Assembly (NCBI GenBank): GCA_951406725.2
Contig: OX597814.1
Coordinates: forward strand, 76,322,001-76,386,000
DNA: 64,000 nucleotides
Source: Octopus vulgaris
Taxonomy: Eukaryota
Direction: 5' to 3'
Position 1 is the stretch's first letter. Each line of letters begins with the position of its first letter. This document shows positions 53,946-64,000 of this stretch, one piece after another. The notes beneath the pieces are model-generated. The model was not told the origin of the DNA, did no database searches, and worked only from the letters and a program-made list of their open reading frames with translations. A program made the translations under genes and the position numbers.

Positions 53946-55289
53946 ATGCTACAGAAGACCAACACCTCGGATAAAACTACAAATGAGGACATTCTCAAAG
54001 AACTGAAAAGTATTAATACACAGCTCATTACCCTGAACAACAAAATCGAGGAATCAAACCTACTCGCCCGGGAAAGTAAAAGCAGTGAAGATACAACTCG
54101 CTACACTGACCAGGTTAGTAAGGTTTGGAACTGTTATACACAACACTAAATTCAATTTTCATCAACAAATCCGAAAATAAAAAACACACACCAAATGAAA
54201 CACAGTAGGACATCATACGCACCCAAATTAACCCAGTAAAAAGAAAAATTGGAAACATTTGGAATACAAACCTGCACAATAGAAAACTCGCCTTCTGGAA
54301 CATGATAAAAAATTCCAACAAAGCAGATATATACGAGGGATGGATGAACTCAACACCAATTATCCTCCCACGCAAATTCCAGATAAAATTAATTCCTAAC
54401 GAGCCTGACGGACAGAGAACTATTAGGGAAAAGTCAGCTCTGTTCAATTTAAGATCAGAAATAGAGCTTCTAAGACTAAGGGCCTCCACAAATGAGGAAA
54501 AATTTAAAAGCATCGACGAGGAGATGCACAATATAATACAAAAACATACCGAGGGACAACCCCTCGAAAATACATTAGATCATTGGAAGGATACCTGTGA
54601 AAAAAAAGAGAGAAATTCTCTCCTGCGCTGGGAGAAAAACATCGATTTCTTCCAAAAATATAGTTCAACTTTCAAAAATGAATTGGGTACAAATAATCCC
54701 TTCCTTAAGAAAATTACCAAAAATAAAAAAGAAAAACCAAACAACCCCCAACTATCCTCCATACACTAAAAACAGAAATCACCCACAACCAACCTTTGCA
54801 AACCACGCAAGACCTAACAGGGAACTAGCTGACAGACGACGCGTCTATGAAATAAATTACACCAAAAACAGAACACACCAACAACATCCTAATACCAGAC
54901 CCAACCACCATACACCACAAAACGACACTAGAATAAGAAATACACCACACACAAGTCGCTACTACCCCATGAACCAAAATTACTGGTCCCCACTGAACAC
55001 TAGACAAACGCAAAAAAACACTATGTCAAGCAACATCCCACATACAAGCAGTTCGAAACAAAAATATTTCACATACAGAAATTTTACACACACCACAAAC
55101 AAAAACAACCATAGATTCCCCCACACACACAACGATCGGGGGCAACAATACCACCATTCCCCCGACCCAATATCACACAACCTCACAGACAACTCATACA
55201 AACAAAATTACACCCAACATTTTTTAGCCAGGGACCAGAGACACCAGGACACAGGCTGGAACCTAGTAATAAGGAAAAACCGAAGATAA
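53946..55289 (+). pseudogene. PLE B ORF1 (coiled-coil-like + helical domain + low-complexity tail), disrupted
   Basis: ILKELKSINTQLITLNNKIEE heptads; WNTNLHNRKLAFWNMIKN..ADIYEGW..PIILPRKFQIKLIPNE. Confidence 0.78.
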
Positions 55290-57584
55290 TCAATCTTTCA
55301 ACCAAACCTCTTTCTAACATAAAAATTGACATCCTCTCAAAAGGGCTCAAATTTACACCACCTCCACGCAGAGCCAACCTAAATGAAATCAAGGATAATA
55401 TAACAGAATTTTGCAGAAAATTAAGACTAGCAGAAGCATCAACCAGTTTCAATACTGAAGATGAATCACTAGTCAAGAACAAAAGTGAACACATCCCACA
55501 CAGAGGAAGAAATAAAGATCTTGACGAATTCTGTAACCACATTGAGAACTTTCTCTACCATACTATACATAAACAGAAAGTTAACTCAAATTTTAACACT
55601 ACACAATGGAAGGAACTGATAGAACTTCAAAATGATGAGGATATAACCATTAAGGAAGCAGACAAGGGAAATGCAGTTGTAATAATGGATACATCATACT
55701 ATAGAAATCTTGTAATTTCCTTGCTTGATGACGACCTACATTATGAAAAAATTACCAACTACACCCCACAAAAAATAATGAAAACTCTATCTTCACTAAT
55801 TAAAACCCATGAAAAGGAACTAACAACCAAAGAGATTGACTTTCTAACAAACTTTAAATGCAAACCTAGCCTTTTCTATGGTCTGCCAAAAATTCATAAA
55901 AGCCAAATTATAAATGAAACCATTAAAAAATCACCAAAGACATACATACACACACCTAACCCGGGGGACCTAAAACTACGACCCATTGTAGCTGGCCCAA
56001 CCTGTGAAACACACAGACTAAGTCTATTTATGGATTTATGGACATCCTCCTGAAACCCTTCCATAAACATATCGATAGCCATATCAGAGATGACTTAGAT
56101 ATGTTAAACCACCTTCCAAAAAAAGCCAAGGAAGAAACAATCCTGGTTTCATTTGATGTAGTTAACTTATATACCAGTATACCTCATAATTATGGACTAG
56201 AGGCAATACAGTTCTGGCTGGACCAATTTCCGGAAGAAATACCAAAAAGGATCAGTAAAGAATTCATTACTAAATCAATTGAATTCATCCTACATAATAA
56301 CCACTTCATGTTTGACAATACATTTTACCGTCAAAAATCCGGAATTGCTATGGGTACAAGGGCAGCACCAGTCATTGCGAACCTAACAATGGGCTACATG
56401 GAAATAATCATTTACCAGGAATCTTTATCAATCTTTGGAAACCCCTTTCTCAATACATAAAAGAGAATTGGAAACGATTCTTAGACGATTGTTTTATACT
56501 CTGGAATGAAAACACAGATAAACTCCTAAAATTTAAAAACCTATTGAACAGCATAAACCCAAATATACAATTCACAATGGAATACAACCAAAAGGAGCTC
56601 CCGTTCTTGGATATACTAATTAAAAAAATTAACCTTAAAATAGAAACAGACATTTTTTACAAAGCCACAGACGCCAAATAATACCTTCTTTTTAATTCAT
56701 GCCACCCAAGACACACTAAAACAAACATCCTCTTCAACCTTGCAAGAAGGATATGCACAATAGTGTCAGAACAAAATACCAGGAACTTTAGACTGCAAGA
56801 ACTCAAAAACACCCTAATTGACAGACATTACCCAGCTCAACTCATAGAGGATGGGATCAGACGTGCAACAGAAATCAACATAGAAACTTTAAGAAAAGTT
56901 CAACACAACAACACACCTTCCCCGAAAATACTACCTTACATATCTACATACAACCCCAGAAACAAAGAAGCCTTCACCATCATCACCCAGAATTTACCAA
57001 TACTTCATAAGGACCCCAAATTAAAGGAAATTCTAAACATACACCAAATCATTAAAAGCTACAAACAACCTAAATCACTTAAAAAGATTCTCACAAAGGC
57101 AAAATTGTTTTCTGAAATTACGGATGCAAAAGTAAAAAAATGTGGTAGATCGAACTGGGCAACATGTCCAAACCTGCAAGAAGGATCAGAATTCCTCTTT
57201 AAAGAGGGACAGAAATTCAAGATCAAATCTAACTTTACTTGTGCCTCTGAAAACATAATTTATGTCATAAAATGCTCAGGCTGCCACCAAGACTACGTGG
57301 GATTCACGGGACTATCACTCAGATGTAGATGCGCACTGCATCGACAACAGATTGCATTCCCAGAATACAGAATGATACCTTTTAGTGAGCACATTGAGAA
57401 ATGTGCAAAGTAACTACTACCACAATTTTTAATCTTTCCATTTTACCAATGTGCTATCGGATCATCAACACAAATTAGACTAAACAAGGAAACATTCTTC
57501 ATTGAAAAGTACAAGCCCAGACTTAACCATACCAACATACTGACACAGAGAAATTCACACCAAGGGAAAGGAAAAAAATTTTAA
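55220..57584 (+). pseudogene. PLE B RT + GIY-YIG ORF, few disruptions
   Basis: KIINLS, KGLKFTP, EADKGN, FYGLPKIHK, RPIVAGP, SFDVVNLY, GIAMGT, RFLDDCF, NIIYVIKCSGCHQDYVG, FLIFPF. Confidence 0.95.
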
Positions 57585-57693
57585 GCAATTATCTCCCTTA
57601 CACCGGAAGAAATCACTCATTACCTCCCCTTATTTAGAACTCTTTTAAACATAAACATAACGAAAACTCTGTTCAACATAAACATAACGTCGT

Positions 57694-57732
57694 AAGAAAT
57701 TTGAAAAGCTAAACGCGAAACCAGTCTTTCTT
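57694..57732 (+). ncRNA. Minimal type I hammerhead ribozyme (U3:A8 variant) in PLE B pLTR
   Basis: AAGAAA-T-TTGAAAA-GC-TAAAC-GC-GAAA-C-CA-GTC-TTTCTT; GUC triplet, predicted cut after C57726. Confidence 0.75.
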
Positions 57733-57839
57733 CTAAACTATGTCATTGTAAGAAAAAAATTTTTAATATTCTTCAGACATATTGACTCAAATATATATTT
57801 TTTAACCTTTAAGCCTTCTGTAGTTTTTTCACTTTTTAC

Positions 57840-57899
<60 letters not shown>

Positions 57900-57900
<1 letters not shown>

Positions 57901-58140
57901 ATCACCATCATTACTTAACATCTATCTTCCCGGCTGGCAGGAAGATAGGAGTTAGTAATCCAGAGAGCTGCACCAGACTCCATTGTCTGCTTTGGTATGG
58001 TTTCAATAGCTTGATGCCCTTCCTAACGCCAACTGCCTTACAGAGTGTACCAGGTGCTTTTTGTGTTACATCAGCACTAATGTTTTTTAAATAGCACCAG
58101 CACCATTGAGGTCATCAAATAAAATGTGAGACGATGACCT
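57900..58140 (-). mobile_element. RTE LINE 3'UTR fragment
   Basis: Reverse complement of the GTTGGCGTTAGGAAGGGCATC motif, with a (CAT)-type tail. Confidence 0.7.
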
Positions 58141-58321
58141 CTCAGCTGGGAGAGAGAGTGGAACCAAGGGAAGTTGGTTTGTGCTAGATGGGAAGATAGA
58201 GTATAATAGAAGAATATTTACATGATGTGTGTGTGTGTGTGTGTGTGTGTAATTAATAATCTTAGGGTAGCAAAAAAAATTAGAAAAATTCTTTGCTACC
58301 AGTGGTCTAGCGAGAAGCTAG

Positions 58322-58393
<72 letters not shown>

Positions 58394-58663
58394 ATGTATA
58401 TGTGTTTGTGCATATATTATCATCATCATTATCATTTTAATGTCAACATTTCCATGCTTGCATTGGTTGGGCAGAATTTGTTCAGGTAGAAAGTAAGGTA
58501 ATATTTTCCCTAGCCAGACAGGTATTCATAAAATATCAGAAATATGGTACTTATTCTATCATCTCTTTTGTCGAACCGCTAAGTTACAGGGATGTAAACA
58601 CACCAGCAACAGTTGGTCAAGTGGTTGGAGGCAGGGTGACAAACATAGACACAAAGACATACA

Positions 58664-58699
<36 letters not shown>

Positions 58700-59495
58700 T
58701 GCATGTGATGGGATTCTTTCAGTTTCTGTTTACCAAGTACATTCATGAGGCTTTGGTCGGCCCAAGGCAATACTAGAAGACACATGCCCAAGGTGCCATT
58801 CTATAGGACTGAACCCTGAACCAAGTGGTTGGGAAGCAAGCTTTTTACCACACAGCCACACCTATGCCTATATATATATATATATATATATATGTAAATG
58901 CACAACACATGTGTGTTACAAACAATCTGATGTAAGTGTAGTAGAGCTACATTTTTTTTCCATTTTCTTTTTTGTTAAACCTTCACTGTGAAATTCTGAG
59001 CAAATGCAAATACACTTCCTTATTTTCACTCATAGTAAAACAGATTTTCCTGATATATTACATGATTTGTTAGCCACTCATCAAAGCAGTATCTTCTCAG
59101 CCCATGAAGAGAACTTTTTTAGGAAAAATGAAATTTTAAAACAATGTTAAATTTTCTAATTCATGTTGCATTGTGCATAAATATCCATGAATTATTAATC
59201 CCACTACTGACAAATTCACTGTATGCAAACTAGTCTAACCATTATAGCTAACAGCATTAAATAGTTTTATACATTTATATACAATGGCAACCAAAAGATC
59301 AAATTGTTGATCATGAGTATCAGATGGGTAATAATAGTCAGCCTCGAAGAAGTAGTCCTATGATCAAAGGTGTTCTGACATGGCCATTTCATCATTTTTC
59401 TTTTATTCAGATTGTTATCTAAAAAAACAATTTTTAAAGAGAATAAGATATTATTTTAGGGAGATTAAGCTGTTATTCCTTGTGATCATATAGAG

Positions 59496-59891
59496 CAATG
59501 TTTCCCAACCTATTTTACCCTAGGTCCCACTATAACTTTCCAGAAAAATACTTGCCCCACTGGTGGTTGGAAAAAAACCAACTTTATTTTTAATATTTTA
59601 TCACAATTATTTAATACAAAGAGAATCTACTGGTAACTCTTTTATTGAGTACTAAGTATTAACTTCTCATGATAATATACTTTCTTTGAAGAAATATCCA
59701 CACTAGGGCATTAAACTAGCACTATATTGTACCAAACAGTCTTCATGCAGTATACTTCGCTGGAGGTTTGGCTAGGCTGAGTATGTGTAGTATGTTTGTT
59801 GTGAAAAAGGATTTTCACAATTCCTGGTCCAACTAAAAAAAAAAAAATTTGGAGACCATGCCCCACCACAATTTTCCATGGGGAATCACTG
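59496..59891. mobile_element. hAT-Charlie-like MITE
   Basis: Perfect 8-bp TSD ATATAGAG (59488-95 and 59892-99); TIRs CAATGTTTCCC / GGGAATCACTG. Confidence 0.88.
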
Positions 59892-60526
59892 ATATAGAGG
59901 TAGGTATTTTTCAATATATATCAATACTGTTAATTTATTATTGGTGATCTGTCACTCTTTTCTCAGTTTACAAAACTCTAAGTCTCATACAGGAAACAGT
60001 AAAATTTTGAGCTTATATTGAAGTCAATAAGTGTTGTCATGATTGTAATTAAATTGTAAAATGGAGGATGTAAGATGTAAATATACTAGGTTTTTAAAGA
60101 TTGATAATAGAATTTGCTGGATTGCTACCTGTAAAGTAAGATAGCCAGTTAAGATGATGATGCCAAAGTGTAATTGGGTGAAAAAGATGCAAAGCAGATG
60201 ACATATAACTGCACAGTTCTTTTGGCATCAGATCAATGACTCAGATGGCATTAAATCATTTTCTATTAATTTTTTTATTCTAAAATATATTTGAAATGAA
60301 CATGTTGTAGAAAATAAAATTAGCTGGGACATTGAGCTATTTTTATTTTCAAATATTCTTCCCACCTCCCTTGTTGTTTATTTCTGGTTGTTAACTGTGA
60401 CATTTGTTCCAAATATATCTTTAAAACAACTAAAGCTATGGCAGCATATTTTTTGTCAGGCTTATTTTCATAATGAATACATGCACACCTGTCAGGCTTA
60501 TTTTCATAATGAATACATGCACACTA

Positions 60527-60605
60527 CAGGGGTTGGACAAAATAATGGAAACATCTAGCATCATAGCATCATAATTTTGAAATATCTATAAAACCGTCAA
60601 AAGCT
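60527..60605 (+). mobile_element. Lone Tc1-type TIR fragment
   Basis: TA/CAGGGGTTGGACAAAATAATGGAAACA; no partner end found. Confidence 0.5.
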
Positions 60606-61039
60606 GGTATATATAGTTGTTCAACTTGTTAGAAATAGCTACCAAATCTACTTGAAACAGCACTTTACCTTATTTGTTTTAAAAAGAGAGCACATTGAAA
60701 AAGTGATCCTAATTAGAGTGTAATGATGGGTGAAGACAGGAAAGTCATGACTGAAAAGCTTTCTATCACAGGTTTGTTTGATCAGAGCTGGTTTGGGACT
60801 AAACCAAATAAATACACACATATTCACTCAAGTATTCCCATATAATGTTTCCTATTATAGCCTTTGGCCAACCAAAGACTTGTGAGTAGATTTGATTGAT
60901 GGAAACTAAGAAAAGGCTGTCACTTGTGCGTGTAGTGTATAAAACAAGTTAATAGTTATTACATATTTTTAGCTTGTTTTCTATATATCACTGTGTAAAA
61001 ACCAGTTTATCTGGAGCCCATCCATGGATTTACAATACA

Positions 61040-61260
61040 GAATTGTGGTGAACAATAACCTTGGATGAACCATAACTTGTCATAAGTTGCAGTTAACATC
61101 AGCAAAGCATTCAACCATGTCCAGCATGTAAATCTCCTAGCAAGATGGTCCACTTGTGGGCTCTATCCCTCTCTTGCCTTTGGTTTGGTGGCTTCCTGTC
61201 AGATCACATTGACATAATGCATTCTCTTTCACCCACACTCAGTCACAGCTTGTGTACTCT
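61040..61260 (+). pseudogene. LINE RT remnant
   Basis: VAVNISKAFNHVQHVNLLAR..GL..WFGGFLSD. Confidence 0.6.
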
Positions 61261-62208
61261 ATAATTTGGTTTTTTAGCCCTTCCTCTCGACTAAACCAAT
61301 AAAAAAAATTTAAATCACAGATATTTCATTAAAAAATATGAAAATATGCTATTAATTCTCTAAATGCAAAAACTATACAAAATTCAGGAGCATAACTGAA
61401 TTTAGTACATAAATAATTTGAAGCAATGTTCTAATTTATCAAAATTTACAGTTATAATAATACCATATAGAAACAGAAAGCTTTAGATTTAAAAAACAAA
61501 AATAGAACATAAAATTTTGTGATATTCATGTCTTGCTGCATGAGCTCTTTTGAAAATGGTTATAAATGGGATATGAGAAATGGATTGCAGACTTGCCATT
61601 CTTTGACTAACCTAACTGTACTACCTTCACTAGTTTATTAAAAGAGTAAACAATCCATTGACAGTTTGCTGAACTATCAAGATTATCATAAGCAAATTAG
61701 TAACAGTGTCAGGCGCCTCTCTTCTCTATATATCATGTTTTCTCAAACCCATGTGGTATTGACTCTATGTGTCAACCATAACATTATTTGCTCATTAGAA
61801 TGAGAAAACTGGTGCTGTTGCAGATATTAATACTCAGCAACTAAATTAATCACGATACATTATGTAGCTTTGTATGTGTGTATATACCTATGTATGTGTA
61901 TGCTTGTATTTATATATGTGCATGTAGATGTATGTGTATATATGTATACACACACACACACATACACATACATCTATATTTATATATATATGCATGCATA
62001 TATATGCATATGTATGTGTATATGTGTATGTGTGTATATATATATCAAACTAAAGTTATTGAACAAACAAATGCAAGGTCATCCACATAGCATTTCATAA
62101 TTCGAACATTTTCTTTCTTTTGGGCTATCCGAGCAATAGGAAAGCAAACAACATTGTGCTAGCCTGGTACGCGATGATGTCTATCTTTATGTATATATAT
62201 ATTTTTTT

Positions 62209-62285
62209 CCCCCTGACAAAGGAGGTATTATCCGGATGCACCCTAGTGCTTTAAACATAATACACCCCTGAAATGGCCATAGGGA
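62209..62285 (+). ncRNA. Type I hammerhead ribozyme remnant in a non-coding PLE-like element
   Basis: CCC/GGG stem I; CTGACAA (G8 lost, compatible with CpG decay); stem II AGGAGGTATTAT/ATAATACACCCCT; GAAA; palindromic ATGGCCAT stem III; predicted cut after A62281. Confidence 0.7.
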
Positions 62286-62802
62286 TAAGTAAATATGGTT
62301 TCCTTTTTAACTATAAGGCTTCTCTTACCTGAATAATAATTTCATAAGATTTCTAAACGATGAACTTTTATTTTATTTACATGATATATATTATATATTT
62401 TTTATATGCTCCTATATATATATATATATTTTATATATTTTTATATACCTATATATTTTTATATATTACTTTATATTATATTTTTACTTTCTAGGTACTG
62501 TAAGGTTTTTTGTTTTGTTTTTTTAAATGTATTTTTCTGAATCGCTAAAGTATTAACTCTAAACTGTGATGAAAAAAATGCTTGTATGCTTGTACAGATG
62601 AATTATGTTCCATCTTGTGGGATGTTTATATGTATATTCTATGATTAAATGTTCGAATTATGAAATGCTATGCGGATGACCTTGCATTTGTTTGTTCAAT
62701 AACTTTAGTTTGATATTTTTGTCTCTTTTAATAGAGCACTTCTATAGCAGTCCTATTAATCTTTTTGTTCCTGACAAGAAACAATCACTGTATTATTGAT
62801 AT

Positions 62803-62841
<39 letters not shown>

Positions 62842-63252
62842 TCTGTATATTTATATATATATATCACATGATCATGTGACCGACCAAACCATCAGATGTT
62901 GTTACACATCACTGGTCACAATGTGTTCACATTGTTTTAGCCTTCGAATGACGCCACCCCGCTGGCTAAGCAAGCAGGCCAACTGAAGAAAGAGTGAGAG
63001 AAAGAGTGGTGAAGGAGTACAGCAGGTAAAATGCATGGGACATGTTTCTATGCTCTACAGAAACTTCGAGTTTATCAAATTTCCTTGTAACTTTGATATG
63101 GAAAAAAAGTGAGGAACATTCAATGCCAATAAATTGTTATTGTTCCTGATTGTACACTGTCCACATTTTGTTTTCTATACCTGCCACAGACTGCTTGTAG
63201 CTTACAAACTTCCTACACTTAGATTCCTGGATCTTACCCTTTTATATATGTG

Positions 63253-63285
<33 letters not shown>

Positions 63286-63319
63286 CACAGACAAAATCTG
63301 TGGTTAGTGCAAAGTCTCA

Positions 63320-64000
63320 CCACTTGGGTGGTGTGGTGGCGGAAATGGTCATTAGAACAAAGAAACAGGCCAGAAAGGATTGGAAAAATAGGAATAGCAG
63401 AGAACTATATCAGGTAGCTAGAAGGAAAATTAGAAGACAGGTATACTTTGCCAGGGAGAAGCAGAAAAGAAGAAGTCTGCCAATGTTCTGTGGCATGAGA
63501 ACCAGAGCCTTGAGGCATATCAGATTGCAAGACAGTATGTCAGAGAGAATTGTGATATTGTAGAGAGAAGTGTGTTGGCATGGATGATGGCTCACTTGCA
63601 GTTAGTGGTATTGCAAAAAAGGAAGTTTGGAAGTGCCTCTATGAAATATTGTTAAATGTAGAAAATGCATGGGATAAAGAGAGCCTGCCTAGTTTGGACC
63701 CAACAGAAGTACTAACTATCCAAATCAACAGTAGCTTAGTTGATAAAGCAATGAAGGATATGATGACAAGAAAATCCCCCAGCCCATCAGGAATCACTGC
63801 TGAGTTCTTAAAATATCTGGCAGAGTAGGATATGGCCTAGTCACCCATATAGTTAATCATGTTGTCCAATGACTAGTGTAGCAGCATTATAGCCAACAGC
63901 TACAAAAGTAAAGGTGATGCCTTAGAAAGAAATAATTATAAAGTTATCAAATTGCCTGACCAAGTGATGAAAGTTATGGTAAGGGTCACTAGTTCAACTA
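63320..64000 (+). pseudogene. Decayed RTE LINE fragment running off the window
   Basis: KKQARKDWKN..ELYQVARRKIRRQVY, KSPSPSGITAE; matches 43550-44240. Confidence 0.9.

Larger units (their letters stand above)
53811..57850 (+). mobile_element. Penelope-like element B (Neptune/Naiad-type), full length, with terminal direct repeat
   Basis: Direct repeat ~53811-53880 / 57780-57850; ORF1 plus RT and GIY-YIG; ends in (TA)n. Confidence 0.95.

Overview
This is AT-rich, microsatellite-laden animal genomic DNA made almost entirely of transposable-element debris. The repeat mix (RTE LINEs with (GAT)n tails, tRNA-derived CORE- and Meta-type SINEs, Penelope-like elements) most resembles an octopod cephalopod; that assignment is inference. 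No host gene is confidently identified, only a few weak exon candidates. Elements seen: a probable solo LTR, an L1/Tx1-type LINE, many RTE LINEs (two with a PHD-like finger inside the RT), piggyBac, a hAT with 8-bp TSD, mariner, Tc1 and DD37D-like transposons, MITEs, a Helitron end, a Gypsy remnant, and three Penelope-like element (PLE) families. Two divergent GIY-YIG PLEs (36.3-41.3 kb and 52.0-57.9 kb) are the most interesting. Both have an extra upstream helical ORF1 joined to the RT-endonuclease ORF in the -1 frame at a TTT TTA G motif, suggesting a programmed frameshift or a splice acceptor. Both also carry minimal hammerhead ribozymes with a compensated U3:A8 core (UUGAAAA). Short non-coding hammerhead elements with inverted self-copies occur at 51.5 kb and 62.2 kb.
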